This document shows, in pieces, positions 1 through 13,330 of a stretch of DNA of 64,000 nucleotides. The stretch comes from Scyliorhinus canicula (lineage: Eukaryota). The DNA is taken from positions 112,397,877 to 112,461,876 of the forward strand of contig NC_052159.1 of the NCBI RefSeq assembly GCF_902713615.1. Direction: 5' to 3'. The notes beneath the pieces are model-generated. The model worked only from the letters and a program-made list of their open reading frames with translations. It did not search any database and was not told the origin of the DNA. The number at the start of each line of letters is the position of its first letter. Position 1 is the stretch's first letter. The translations under genes were made by a program, and so were the position numbers.

Positions 1-186
1 GGCGATTTGGCGAGCGTTGTCTGTCATGAGTCACTGAGGGATGCCATGTGTGACAAACTGTCTCTTGAGCTTTATGATGACTGTGTTAGTCATGATGTCA
101 CCCAGTCATGTCATCCAATGCAGCTCGTGATTACTTTCTACTTCATAGCTATTGATAATCTTCTCAGAACACAAACTGTTGTTGTT

Positions 187-478
187 TGATGCACCATCAA
201 TTAGACTCTGGTCGTGAAGAAGTTCCAAATAACAGGCTTTAATATACTAGATGTGTGCCCGGCAGTCAACTTACAGAGAAAGGCCGACTGCCGCATGGTA
301 CGAGTTCTCATACCCTGCCTCATAGGCGGAGCTACTGGCCTCTCGGCCAATCGGTGAGCTAGCCGCAGCCAATTGGCAGAGAGGCACATGACCTGCCTGA
401 GCCAATGGGCAGCGAGCCTTCTGCATCAATGGCAGCACTGCTCCGAGGTACCGTAATTACCCTAGCCATACTACCACA
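187..478 (-). mobile_element. Solo LTR (Gypsy-type)
   Basis: Reads TGTGGTAG...GGTGCATCA on the - strand with an ATTAAA-type signal. Flanks TTGTT/TTGAT are an imperfect 5-bp TSD. The end resembles that of the solo LTR at 3800-4073. Confidence 0.6.
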
Positions 479-1130
479 TTGATCTAGTCTCATGTGGTAC
501 ACAACTGGTAACTTACTTATGGTGCCGCAATTGAAGAGGTCTTTGTATACTATAATTTCTAGGGCCTGGTGTTGTAATGCATGCACCTCTTGACTAAGTT
601 GGATGAGTCCCTGTGTAATGTTGTCCCAAAGACATTTTACTGGGTCTTACATTCTGGTCAACTATAAAACTTGAAACAGCGGATGGTTTGTCTGCCATAT
701 GCCACGAGGTCCAACTGGGTATTGGGTCCGCTGCTGCATATGGGTCTAGTTTCCATAACTTTTGGCTAGACAATACGTCATACTTTGCTCCAGTCCCGTC
801 TTTACCTTCAGTCTTGTGTTACTGCATATCATGTTGAGGGTGGTGAAGATCTCACCTTTTTCTGTGATGGTGTCAACACTTTCGCATTGGAGAGTTGTTG
901 GAGGATTTGTAGCTTTGCTGCTTTGGCTGAGCACCAGTTCATTAACCTTATAAATTCTCCTGCCCCTGGAGGACTGACCATCTGCCAGGTTAGATGGCAG
1001 CGGAAGACTGTTATGATTTAAATCTGCAATATTTAGGAAAGGGATTCCATTTTCCACTTTTGTTGCATCTTTTACCATATGCAAAATGAGCTGTTCTGTT
1101 TTGAGGGTGATGGCCACAACAGCTGGGGCA
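479..1130 (-). mobile_element. Highly degraded Gypsy-like gag/protease remnant
   Basis: ORF 746-1141(-) 'EIFTTLNM...RLKVK' resembles the region just before a Gypsy protease DTG motif; the motif itself is eroded. Confidence 0.3.
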
Positions 1131-1139
1131 GGGCGTGCC

Positions 1140-1795
1140 ACAGTAATACCACTGGGCAGCGACAGCAGAAAGAGTAATGGGATGGATTAAGGAGCCAGAA
1201 GCCAAGTGAGTGCACGCGGAGAAGGCCTCCTTCAGGGGGAGCTCGCTATGGGCCCTCGCTGAAGCGGAACTCCCAACTCCACCCAAAAAACATTCCATCA
1301 GCCCAGTGGTGGTAGCCATTCTCCAGACCTGGAACCAGCTACGGCAACAATTCAGCCTGACCAAAATGTCCGACAAATATCTGCAATAACCATAGTTTTG
1401 TGCCAGCATTCTTGGACACCACCTTTGGTGGAGACAGGGTGGGGGCGGACCCTGGCAGTCAGGGACTTATACACCGACGGCAGGGTCACAACACTGGACA
1501 AACTGACGGAGAGATTCCAGCTAGCTAAGGGCAACAACTCAGATACCTGCAGCTTAAAAACTTCCTGCGGGAGGAGACAAGGATGTACCTGCGACCACTG
1601 CAACAGACGTTACTGGAAGAACAACTGGACACAGACATTCTAAGTAGAGGAAATTGTAGCAATACGTACGAATGACTGATAAAGAGGACCAACACTGGAC
1701 ACGATGAGGAGGAAATGGGTGGAAGACTTGAGGTTCGAAATAGGGTGGGAACTCTGGAGTGAAGAACTACATAGGGTCAACTCCACCTCCATGTG
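1140..1795 (+). mobile_element. L1-clade LINE ORF2 C-terminal fragment (degenerate)
   Basis: Translates as YHWAATAERVMGWIKEP...SPVVVAILQTWNQLRQQF and RRKWVEDLRFEIGWELWSEELHRVNSTS, typical of the post-RT region of fish L1 ORF2; frameshifted. Confidence 0.65.
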
Positions 1796-2261
1796 GGCTG
1801 TGGGTTTGGGGTGGATGGGCATGGAGCACCATTGCAGCAGCCTGGCAGAAAGCCATGCATCTGCACATGTCGCTGACTGCCCACTGTGAACTTAAGGCCT
1901 CAAGTCGTATGGGTGTCTCCCCAGGACACTCCCCTAGGTGCACTCTGGCACCAACTGACCCATTAGCAGCATGGGCGCTGCAGCACAATCAGTGCCACCT
2001 CGTTGGTTAGGATGAGTGTTGGTGGGGATTGTAATAGGTATACAAGGTTGCAGCTTCTCAGCCTCCTGAATGTCAATCTCGGACCTGGCGAATGCCGCAC
2101 CGTTTTTTATTAGAATTGATTGTGTTCCACATGGCATCTGTGCTAGCCCCTCCACAGTCGTTGAATCAGTCCAGGTTCAGTACCAGTTTTGCTGTCATGA
2201 AAGTCAGCGAATCCTGCCCCAGCATCAAACTTAGTCTCAGGAAAGGAGGAGAATCCTGCCC
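1796..2261. mobile_element. Harbinger-derived fragment with one TIR
   Basis: Ends in GGAGAATCCTGCCC (2248-2261), the TIR shared by the MITEs in this window. Confidence 0.45.
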
Positions 2262-3799
2262 CATGTTTTAAAATTGTCTAAGGGCCTCCCTTGCTTTAAT
2301 GGCCTTTTCTGAGTTTTTAGAAAGCATCATCTTTCCTGTTGGATGGTCTCATCTCCTTTTTAGTGTCCCTGGCCCCGGTCGTCTCTTTCGAGTTCCTGTT
2401 CTTTGGCATCATTACTTTCTCAATGGGCCTCATTCCCTGTCTTCAACTCAGTAGCCTCAGTCCCTCATCTTTCTTTTGTGCCCCAATTTATTGCCTCTTC
2501 CGTGCAGAGCATGTGAAGTCCAACAGGAGAATTAAATAAGAAAAAGGAAGGGAAAATAAGAAGACAGAGTGAAAAGGGCTGGAAGAGAAGGTGGAACAGA
2601 GAGTGTGAATTAACAAGGTAATGATATGCAAAAGTGAAAATGACAATATTGGAAAAGAGAAGACGGTGGAGAAAGATTCACAAAAGGAAAGCAGGTAAAA
2701 GGTTGAGCCCAAAATTGGAATTTCCAGTTAAACTAGGGAAGATGATCTGCTCAAGGATGAAGTTGAGAGAAGTGGAATGCTGCTGATGTCCTGATACGCC
2801 CTAAGTGGAGCTGACTAAACTGTTCTTTCGCACTGAATTGGCTTCCTGACTCTTCAGCCTGTCAACTTACCAAACTGGACAGGGGTCCTGATGACAGGTT
2901 AAATGGCTGCTTGCTGGAAGATTGAACCTGAAGGTGTGCGACCTCTGGACTTAATGGGTGTAAATCGTTCTGTAAATTTTTTTGATGCCTCTGAGTGGCA
3001 ACTAAAAGCACGAAAGGGCATAAAGATTGAACACAAGAGTCACTTTCACCATCTGGATGTGATAACTAGCAGCTGGCTCAGATCTGTGATTGCATCACTC
3101 TTGAAACAAAGTTTCCTCACACTGTCCATAGGGTGTCCTGTAAAATTAGATGTTCCCAGGACTTATGAACACACCAAGCAGCAGTGAGTCCTCAGACTTC
3201 TATGGCTTTCAACTTTCTGACATGGCTCCGTGTCACTTTCTTTCACCAAAATATATACTGTGCAAGTATTTGGCAACCGGGGACTAACCATGATAGAGGT
3301 TTATTGATAATGCTGAGCACCTCTTACATGTTGTGTGACTGCCAAGACCCGGGGAGAACTCCCATGCTCCCGACATGTGACCTCTCTTGTACCCGCATCA
3401 TTCCAGCCCCCATGTGACCACCCATTCTACATCTACCATGGAAAAGCTTTTGGCAATATCTTCTGCTCTCCCCACTGCTGATTTTTAGAGCCCAAATTGC
3501 TTCTTTCTACTATTCCAATTAACACAGCATGGGAGTAAAGTAAATGTTGGGTAGCTTTGAATCTTCTACATAATTTTTGTTCAACTTAATTGTTGTTCAA
3601 ACTTAATGTTGGGTGGTAATGCTAGATTAATTCATGCTATGTCAAACTGAAGGAGGCCCTATGGTGCAGTGTTGCATCTCAACATTGGATCAGAAGCTCC
3701 GGGTTTGAATCCAACGCCAGGACTAGTTGACAACAGGAGTGTTCAACGTGGTTAAGTGGACTGATAATCAGCTCAGGAATCCTTCCACCACTTCCCCCC

Positions 3800-4073
3800 T
3801 GTAGTGAATGTGTAACCACTATAAATTCACACTGTACATTACTGTGTCCCTGTGGGCTCCATCTGTGAGCCGTTGCTCGGCTCTGCCCACAGGGGGAGAT
3901 GAGGAGCATGTAGAGGGCTCCGCCCTTGGCTCCGCCCCCAGAAGGAAGTATAAGTGCTGCGGTCCTACGAGTCCGCACTCAGTTCAGTATAGTCGCAGGC
4001 AGGCTCAGTTGTAAGCCAATTAAAGCCACAGCTTACTTCACTCGTGTCTCTGAATGAATTGATGGTCGCATCA
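3800..4073 (+). mobile_element. Solo LTR
   Basis: TGTAGT...GCATCA termini, TATAAG box, ATTAAA signal, CCCCC 5-bp TSD on both sides. Confidence 0.75.
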
Positions 4074-4582
4074 CCCCCACTGTTCTCCAAAGGGTACAAA
4101 ACAGTGTGGGTGTAAAGTAACACTTAAGAAAAACCTCATAAACAACATTAACTTCCAAATAGCATGAGCACCAGCACTGCAAATGAATCTCTGTGAGAAT
4201 AAATAATTTTCCTTAGAGATTTCCTGGAAGAAAGATGTGCTGTGGCAAGGTAGTAATTGAATCTACAGTTTATGTATGGAGTTACAGCAACTGCACATAA
4301 TGGTTCCACAGGTTTTACATTTAAAGATTTATGATGCGATGCTGTAAATGTTTTATATTCAGTTTTTACTCCTGTTTGCCGAGGCTCTACGGATTTTCCT
4401 AGATTTTAGAATGGGAGGGATAAATTTTATGATCTAACGCTCCTAAAGGTGCTTGCAAATAGCATGTGTGGAACTGAGCAATTTTTCATCTGGACAGAAT
4501 GGCACTTACTGCATGCCAATGATTCCTTAGAATCCTCTTCCAGACAGTGCCACTCCCCGTAAGGATCTTTTGGATTGTGGAA

Positions 4583-4931
4583 GAATAGAATAGAATAGAA
4601 CAGTACAGCACAGAACAGGCCCTTCGGCCCTCGATGTTGTGCCGAGCAATGATCACCCTACTCAAACACACGTATCCACCCTATACCCGTAACCCAACAA
4701 CCCTCCCCTTAACCTTACTTTTTAGGACACTATGGGCAATTTAGCATGGCCAATCCACCTAACCCCGCACATCTTTGGACTGTGGGAGGAAACCGGAGCA
4801 CCCGGAGGAAACCCACGCACACACGGGGAGGACGTGCAGAATCCGCACAGACAGTGACCCAGCCGGGAATCGAACCTGGGACCCTGGAGCTGTGAAACAT
4901 TTATGCTAACCACCATGCTACCGTGCTGCCC
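4583..4931 (-). mobile_element. tRNA-derived SINE (HE1/V-SINE-like) with CR1-type tail
   Basis: On -: GGGCAGCACGGTAGC head, B box GGTTCGATTCC, central GGGTTTCCTCCGGGTGCTCCGGTTTCCTCCCAC domain, (TTCTA)n tail. Confidence 0.9.
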
Positions 4932-6893
4932 AAGAATTTCTAATTATCAGTCTGCACTTCCCTGGTCTTCCCCATATCCTTCACCATTCTATTCCCTGTT
5001 ATCAATCTGATTTTCTACTCAATATAGGAATTCATTACTCTCGCACTATTAGCCTTGTTTATGTACAGATCTGAGGTAGCAAACTTGTCAAAGCAGCTGG
5101 GATCGACTGGCATTTTCCTCTTTGTGAGGAACAAATGGTAAATATTTGGAAAAACACTCAGAGATACCACAAGGATGTCCACTATTCCTCAGTGACAACC
5201 ATAAAAAGGTAACATTGTTGGTAGCAACATAATGAAAAAAACAATTATGCTGCCTCAGCAATAATGATCATACATACTTCGGAAGCAGTTAATAAACTAT
5301 TTAAATTTCAAACATTTAGAGAATACAGGCTTGGAACCTGTAAATCCTGATAAAAATTGTTCAGTGCCAGTTTGGTAGGACCAAGAGCAGGATTTTGGGT
5401 TGTCAACCTGATGTTGGGGTCAAATGGGGGTTGCAACTCCACACAGTGCGCAGTCACCAGGAAGTGGTATTCAGTAGAAATTGGCCAATTGTGGCCAAGA
5501 GGTGAATTTGCCATCCAGTAAAGATGGTGAGTGGGCTTTCAAAATTGGAACACCATCAGGAGGCCCTCCAGCTTGGATGGAGCTGAAGCTTGTAATTCAG
5601 GTGCGAGAGTGTGACTCCATTTTGAGGCGCCCTTTCTCCAACTTTATCAACTTTCAGAATTAGAAATATCTGCAACAGCTGTGAGGGGAACCCTTCCATA
5701 GGGCAGCCTGTGGCTGCAGCTACGACCAGGCAGTTTGGAGGGAGATTCAAAGCCTGCTTGGAACGCAGCTGCCCCAGTCTGCTGCTAGGAAGCCATCTTG
5801 AGGCAACTGGCCTCATCCCTTCTGCCTCACGGGATCCAGAGGCAGTCTGAAACATTCCAATGGCTATCTGACAATATGCCTTAGGTTGGAATTTAACTCC
5901 CCTACTTGGCTACCCACTGCTTGCATGTGGGTAGCCCTGACCCCGATTCCTCTTCCAGGAAATTCACCAACTGCATTCCTGATGTTGTCAATGAATGATT
6001 GTTGACTCCCATTGGCAGCACCAAATCAGAAAAATACCCATATTACGGTGAAGCCATTGTGCCTGGTGCATAGTGGGATGCTGCCAACAAACTGGCAGGG
6101 AGCGTAAACCTGTGCACCTGCCCAACTCCGTACTTGCTGCCATCAGGGTCTAACGGTCCCAGTCCAAGTTAGTGGCAAGGTCCTGCAAATGTCAGCAAAA
6201 ACAACAAAGGAAGTGACGCAAGCACATTTTTGGTGAGGGCAACAAATACTCTCAGCTTGCTGGAATGAAATGAAACACATAAAATAAGACCACCTTGTAG
6301 TTCTTTTCTGAACATCCTAATAAAGATAAATGCATTTGCTTCAGGAAACTAACGACTGTAAGCCAATCCACTGCTATGCAAACAAGCTACAGTACTGTTT
6401 TGCCAAATAAGCTACTAAATGAAAACATACGTTTTTAATTACAATTAGGTGTCTGTGTGTTTCTGGGTTTTGAATGCCTCTGTATTCTAAACAGATGCTT
6501 CTCTGATTTGTGGTAAACCTTGTTCTGTGGAATTAAGCCAAAACATTAGGATTATAAATTTACAAGCAGAAAGTAATTGAGCCTTCACCCACTGAACAGA
6601 CTACTTAATTCAACCACATTCAAACAGTCAATGGAACTCTCAGCCATGCCTATGCCTACTCCGCCCAAGTAACATGTCCAAAGCTCCACCAACTGCATTC
6701 CTGATGTTGCCCGTGAGTGACTGTTGGCTCCCAATTGGCTGCTCACTTGTTATGCGTTTCCTTTTCTAACCTGCAATGTCTTCCCTTTGCCCTGATTCAA
6801 TATCTTCATCCTCATTTACAATTCCTTCCAAAGCCTTTCACCGAATCCTGCAACCTAGCTTGATTACCAGTCCACAAGTTTATCTTAGACAAT

Positions 6894-7496
6894 GTGCAGG
6901 ATTCTCCGACCACCCGCTGGGTGGGAGAATTGCTGGGGGTCGGCGTGAATCCTGCCCCCGTCGTCCTCCCAATTCTCTCGCCCCCCCAAAAAATGGCGCG
7001 CCGTGAGTCACGCCGCCCGCCTTGGAGAATGGTGGGTTCCGGCGCGTCTCAATGGGCGCTGGGGCTGCCCGAATTCTCCGGCCCGCGATGGGCCGAAGTC
7101 CCGCCCGTCTGTAGCCGGTCGCGCCGGCATAAACTAGAGCAGGTCCCTTACTGGCGGGAGCTGGCAGCGCGGGACGTGCCACCACAGTGGCCTGGCCCGT
7201 GATCAGGGCCCACCGATCCACGGGCGGGCCTGTGCCGTGCGGGCACTCTATTCCTTCGCATCGGCTGCTGTGGTCCTCCATGATGGCCGATGCAGAGACA
7301 AACCCTCCTACGCCTGCGCGGGGATGACGCCAGCGGCGCTGGTACTCCCGCGCATGCACCGACTCGCGCCAGCCAGTTCCGCTCCGGTTGGCGCGCCAAG
7401 CCTCTATCCCGCTGGCCGGCGGGTCGCCAACCACTCCTGGGCGGGCCTAGCCCCTGAAGGTGCGGAGGATTCGCCGGGTACGGGAGAATCCCGCCC
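6894..7496. mobile_element. GC-rich Harbinger-type MITE
   Basis: TIRs GTGCAGGATTCTCC / GGAGAATCCCGCCC; internal repeats of ATTCTCC/GGAGAAT; flanks AAT/TAT. Confidence 0.75.
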
Positions 7497-8214
7497 TATA
7501 TCTTCTAAACTCCGCCTTGTGTTTGTTCAGTCCCCTTGAAAAGTCTTCTCAAAACGTGTTAAAATTTGCTCACCACTCTGCTGAGATTTCCGTGAAGTGC
7601 ACAGAGATATTACTTTAAAAATCTTTTATTCGTATATTTTTCCATGATCTTCCAAAATACTTAACTGTATTGAAAGCCCGATTATAAGTGCATCTTGTTA
7701 CATAAGTGTAGGATCAGGCTCCTCAATATTTTGATATCTCAGAGTAGGCGCAACGCAAAATCAGAAGACCACATCCCAAGTGTTTTTGGGATGATAAGAG
7801 TTGGACTTCGAGGACTCAGTAGCGTGTGTTACAATATTATTCCTGCTAGACCTCCTGGAGCTGTTGTGAGTTTTATAAAACATTGGTGATCCCTTTTCTC
7901 ATCTCCACTACTAGTTTATCATATCCTCATGCAAGTCTAGGTTGATATTGGGAATAGCTGTTTCCTGTGTGCTAAAAATCACACACAGATGCTGCTGACT
8001 ACTCTGAAGGTGACTATTACCAGCAGATAGGTGTTTGCCTGAATGACAGATGACCATTTGTCAATACTCGACACCTGGAGAAGGTAATTATTTGTCCCTC
8101 AATGGTAACTATGATGATGAAAAATTATCCCTGTGATGTCAGTCAGTTGTAGAGTGATATTGAAATGCATCTGCTTCTCTCAGAAATTAGCATCAGCAAC
8201 TGGAATTTGTTTTT

Positions 8215-9075
8215 AAAATGTTATTCTTTAACGGGATGTGGGCTTTTCTGGTTCAGGCAGCATTTATTGCCCACCCCTAATTTCACTTGAAAAGGTGGAG
8301 GTGCCCATCTGGCATAGGCACATCCCCAGTGCTGTTAGGTAGGGAGTTCCAGGGTGGGATTCTGCCGCACTTGGCGTGATGGCCCGACGCCGGCGCCAAG
8401 AATGGCGCGAATCACTCCGGCGTCAGGCCACCCGGTAGTTGCGGATTCCTCCGGCCCACCCGCGGATCGGTGGTCCCCGATCGCAGGCCAGGCCACTGTC
8501 CCCCCCCCCCCCCGGGGGGCCGGGACACCTAGCGCTCCCCCGAGAACTCCACTAGACACCTCCCAGCCAGGTCCCGCTGTGTAGGACCATGAACATTTCA
8601 CGCCGGCGAGACTGGCCGAAAACAGACAGCCATTCGGCCCATAGGGGCCCGGAGAATTGCCGGGGGGGGGGCAATTCTCCCCGACCGGCACGGAGCTCGA
8701 AAACCGGCGCCGGAGAACTCAGCAACCGGCATCAGAGCGGCGGGGCGGGATTCACGCCGTCCCCCGGCAATTCTCCGACCCAGGGGGGGGGGGGGGGGTC
8801 GGAGAATCCCGCCCCCAGTATTTTGACCCAGTGAAGGAACAGCGATTTCCATTTCAGGATGGTGTGAGTCGAGGAGGGGATGGTGAATCTGTTGTCTGTG
8901 TCCTACTAGATGGAAGAGGTCATGGGTTTACACGCTGCTGTCGAAGGATCCGTACTGAATTGCTGCTGTGCATCTTGTAGATGGTACAATGCCTGCACCA
9001 CAATATGGGTATTTTTCTGATTTGGTACTGCCACTCCTGCTACTGTCTGTCAATGGTGGAGCGAATGAATGTCCC
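8215..9075 (-). mobile_element. LINE 3' fragment interrupted by a MITE
   Basis: On -, ends in a GGGCAATAAATGCTG-type 3' UTR. The sequence AGGGAGTTCCA|GTATTTTGACCCAG is continuous across the MITE. Confidence 0.45.
8352..8814. mobile_element. Harbinger-type MITE with 3-bp TSD
   Basis: GGGTGGGATTCTGCC...GGAGAATCCCGCCC, flanked by CCA on both sides. Confidence 0.85.
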
Positions 9076-9167
9076 TTCCCATCCAGCCTTTTAAATCAGA
9101 TAATTGTCAGTTGGTCTCAATATTGTTTCTGAAGAATTTACATTTCATTTGCTAACTTTATAGTGCT

Positions 9168-9260
9168 AATAATCTTTATTGTCACAAGTAGGCTTACAGT
9201 TACACTGCAATGAAGTTACTGTGAAAAGCCCCTAGTTGCCACATTCCGGCACATGTTCCG
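9168..9260 (-). mobile_element. SINE 3' tail (L2-type)
   Basis: TTTATTGTCACAAGTAGGCTT...GAAAAGCCCCTAG, the same tail as at 19235, 26580, 35300, 49140 and 58630. Confidence 0.7.
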
Positions 9261-9261
9261 G

Positions 9262-9404
9262 TCCCCCCGCACTTCCGGGTCAGAGGCCGCGCATGCACAC
9301 GGCGGCACCCCATGGCAGATTCAGCCTGCAGATCTGGACCGCTGAATTAGTGTCCCCGATCAGTCCCTCGCCCAGCCCGGACCGCCTGTACACATAGCCT
9401 CCAG

Positions 9405-9435
<31 letters not shown>

Positions 9436-9753
9436 CCCTCCGATCGGCCCTCCCCCGACTGTGGCGGCCCCGGACTGAGTACGCAGCCGCCACGCGGGTA
9501 TCACAGACAGTGGAACCATGGGTGGTCCACGCTGTCGGGAATTTGGCCGGTTGGGGACGGAGAATAGTGGGGCGGGCTTCAGACAATGGACTGAGGTTGC
9601 GGATGATCGGCGGGGAGTACTCCCCGAGTATGCCAATTTTCGGGAGGGCAGAGAATCAAGGAACCAGCGCGGTCCCAATTTCGTGCGGGAAACCGGATTC
9701 TCCGCCCCATCACTTAACACGATTTTGGCATCAGCGCGCAGAGAATCCAGCCC
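9262..9753. mobile_element. Harbinger-type MITE (truncated)
   Basis: GC-rich; ends in GAGAATCCAGCCC; subterminal region similar to 16000-16416, 20650-20982 and 33800-34274. Confidence 0.7.
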
Positions 9754-9757
9754 ATTG

Positions 9758-10192
9758 TGTTAGATATATTTGGTGCAGTAAGGGTTAAAAGCCTGGGTTA
9801 TTGTGTATATGACTGCTGCAGTAGCATTTTACGGGGTAGAAATCTCTGTACAATAGTATTCCTGAATGCTAGCTGTATTTGAAAGTGGATTGAGAGCTGA
9901 GATATTATTTTGTTGTTTGAGTGGAATAATATTAACAGTTAAGGGTTATTGTGCCACTGTATTTATTAGTGTTGTTTAAGGGGTAATTGTGAGCTATTTT
10001 TCTTGTGTGACGTTAAAGATATTTTAATATTGTGTTAGTAATAAAGTTTCTTTTAATATACCATATCATTATTTGTGCATGAAACCATTCCTGGAGCTAT
10101 CCTTTCCTCACAGTCTTGCAAAATTAAAAGAAAACATTGGGGTTTCTGTCCAGTATCCCAGTCACTATTGGGGTCTGGTCCGGGATCATAAG
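9758..10192 (+). mobile_element. Probable solo LTR (degraded)
   Basis: TGTTAGA...ATAAGA termini and AATAAA; the 3' part resembles 31500-31730. Confidence 0.4.
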
Positions 10193-11502
10193 ACTAAGTG
10201 GCCTTGAGGTCAATAGCAGTCGGCTACATTATACAGGAACCTGTAGGGGCCTTTTATGCAACTTTACTGCCTTGAGGAGCAGATGTCACAAAGGAGCTGC
10301 ACCACAGATGCTCCCTCTGTCAGATTGAGATGGTGAGATTACTCCCATCAATATTAATCCCTCAGCCTCATATGGAACATCCTCAGTCCTTGGCGTGCTC
10401 TCCTGCTGGCTTGAGCAGTCTGCTGCTATGGTGCAGCTGGCATCTCATCCAGCCACCATTGGGCCATATGCGAAGGTGTTCTGTTCAGATTTCACAGCTT
10501 CATATGTACTTCACAGACTTTAGCGCACAGGTTCTGTACTGGTTGGTCCAAGCTCTGAATTGACTGTTCCAGGTTAAGGAAGGAGTGGTAAACCCTGTGC
10601 AGGACATCACACTGCTCCTATATGCACTCCACATGCTACCGCAATTGGCTGTCCATGAGGTTGGCCACTCCATCATGGGAGGTCATGCACTGGAATCTCT
10701 AAGGCAAGATTGCGTTGTTCTGCATCACAGACTCCTCTGCACTGAATGAGCTCCAGTGTCTTAGGGAGTTCTACCAGATGGCCACACTTCTCCTACGGCT
10801 GTTCCAAATACTAACCCAAAATTGTGAATCCTGAGGCCACAGCTCATTCCCCTGCAGGGCATCACTGTAACCATCCATCTCTGAGCTATCGTTCACAGAT
10901 GCCTCTGCCTCAGAAGCCTCCTCCTGTATACTAATGCTGCCTTCTTCACTCAGTACCCCCGACTCTTAACCTGCGGCAGGACTGACTGAGGTAAAAGTAC
11001 TTACACTGTTGCCGAGTTAGCTAGTCTGGTATGATGCTCCTTCCTCAGTAAAGCATCCCCAAAATTGTGGTCTGAGGCACATCTCAATTCCTAGGGGAGT
11101 GCGGCCACAACGTTGAGAACTGCTTGAGACACAATATAACCATGTGGGAGGGTGGCCTGGGAACCCACAACATACCTCGTTGATGGGTGATGTCACTGTA
11201 CCAGTTGCTCAGCATGCTGTCAGACTTGGCTTTCTGCACAGATTTACTGCCACCTTTCCATCTTCCAGACACCTGATCCCTTAGTAACAGGACCATTCAC
11301 CAAGATCCACCACCATGATAGCCACCACCACACCATTCATGCAAATGCCTCTTCCACAATCCTTTGCAGCTTGAATGGTGATTCACTGTCACAAACACTT
11401 TCTTTTGATCAGAACTTAGTCTTCTCTATGGCTCTCTCTTCCACAGCGTGTATTACCCTCAGCATGGGATGTCCAATCCCTGATATCTGACCTTTCTTTG
11501 TC

Positions 11503-12480
11503 GGACCACTGCTGTTTGTGATCTACATAAATGACCTGGAGGAAGGTATAGGTGGTCTGATTACCAAGTTTGCGGATGATACTAAGATTGGTGGATTTGC
11601 AGATAGCGAGGAGGACTGTCAGAGAATACAACAAAATATAGATAGATTGCAGAGTTGGGCAGAGAAATGGCAGATGGAGTTCAATCCAGGCAAATGAGAG
11701 GTGATGCATTTTGGAAGATCAAATTCAAGAGCGGACTATATGGTCAATGGAAGGGTCTTTGGGAAAATTGATGTACAGAGAGATCTGGGAGTTCAGGTCT
11801 ATTGTACCCTGAAGGTGGCAACGCAGGTGGATAGAGTGGACAAGAAGGAATACAGCATGCTTGCCTTCATCGGAAGGGGTATTGAGTACAAGAGTTGGCA
11901 GGTCATGTTACAGTTGTATAGGACTTTGGTTAGGCCACATTTGGAATACTGCGTGCAGTTCTGATCGCCACATTACCAGAAGGATGTGGATGCTTTGGAG
12001 AGGGTGCAGAGGAGGTTCACCAGGATGTTGCCTGGTATGGAGGGTGCTGGCTATGAAGAAAGGTTGGGTAGATTAGGATTGTTTTCATTGGAAAGACGGA
12101 GGTTGAGGGGGGACCTGATTGAGGTCTACAAACTTATGAGAGGTATGGACAGGGTGGATAGCAACAAGCTATTCCCAAGAGTGGGGGTGTCAGTTACAAG
12201 GGGTCACGATTTCAAGGTGAGAGGGGGAATGTTTAAGGGAGATGTGCATGGAAAGTTTTTTACGCAGAGGGTGGTGGGTGCCTGGAACGCTTTACCAGCG
12301 GAGGTGGTAGAGGCGGGCACGATAGCATCATTTAAGATGCATCTGGACAGGTATATGAACGGGCGGGAACAGAGGGAAGTAGACCTTGGAAAATAGGAGA
12401 CAGGTTTAGATAAAGGATCTGGATCGGCGCAGGCTGGGAGGGCCGAAGGGCCTGTTCCTGTGCTGTAATTTTCTTTTTTT
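11503..12480 (+). mobile_element. CR1 LINE, 5'-truncated RT/3' end
   Basis: GPLLFVIYINDL, KFADDTK, LYRTLVRPHLEYCVQF, ALERVQRRFTRMLPGM, FFTQRVVGAWNALP; CR1 tail GGGCCGAAGGGCCTGTTCCTGTGCTGTAA. Confidence 0.92.
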
Positions 12481-12649
12481 CTCCTGCAAGGACAACAGGG
12501 GAAGGAAGATGAGACAAAGGACTGCAGCACGACAATAGGAACCTGCTCCATCTGCTCTCTGGCAGTCTTACTGATAAGCACTGGGCACTGTGCCAGTGAC
12601 CTGGGCAAACACACCTCCAAGGTTGAGGTGCAGCATACGCACTATGCAC

Positions 12650-13330
12650 AGAAATGCTTTGCATGTTGAATATTGTGGTCCAACGAGGAACACTGGCTAA
12701 TTGGAAGTCTCACTCATCTTGCCAGAAAGCAGCAGGTAAATGAACCACTTGTGACAATTAACCTTGTTTCATTGGGGTCTGCCGAGGCTTTGACCACCTC
12801 CGCTATCTGCATTAATGCCCTATTAGTCACAACCAAAGACATTTTGCAGTCTGTTGGAAAGAAGATCACTCCTCTGTCACTGACTGCCTGCACCAGGATT
12901 TCAAGGTTATGGTCATTGAAGTTCTCCAACTTGTTTCCTGGTTCAGGCATCATGGCATTGGAGTAGATGAAATACATGGGTCAGTTTGTGTGTTGTCCAT
13001 GAAAATGGTTCATCATTAGCTTGGAACCATGTCAGGATAATGAGGGGATGGTGCCTTGTAGTCTGAATATTCACACTTCCAGTGTTTCTTCCAATTCTTG
13101 CAGCACCAAGATCTGTCCCAAAGAGGAATGGACCTACCTCCGGGCCAAACAATGTTCCCTTTGCCAATTGCACCTCTATGCTGGCGCAGGAGGAGGCAGG
13201 CTTGATTCCAATCTGACCCCTCTCCTCACCATGAAAATAGCATGGGTGGGCACTGCCAATCAGGTGGCCAGTGCCAATCATGACATTAGGAAAACCACTG
13301 ACACCTAATTACATCTCCAAGATGGAAATG
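12650..13330 (-). mobile_element. Degenerate Harbinger Myb/SANT-like ORF remnant
   Basis: ENFNDHNLEILVQAVSDRGVIFFP...LMQIAEVVKA matches the Myb/SANT pattern also seen at 39802 and 57081. Confidence 0.55.

Noticed and set aside
4217-7870. Candidate short exons with AG/GT boundaries (e.g. ~4217-4249, ~5069-5137, ~7743-7865)
   Set aside because: No recognisable peptide or consistent exon chain; indistinguishable from chance without transcript data.
9405-9434. Poly-C and poly-G tracts (also 8783-8798) as G-quadruplex elements
   Set aside because: Homopolymer expansions within MITEs; their lengths are unreliable and no function is supported.
6880-9788. Long Pro/Arg/Gly-rich overlapping ORFs
   Set aside because: Explained by the low stop-codon frequency in GC-rich MITEs; no domain signatures.
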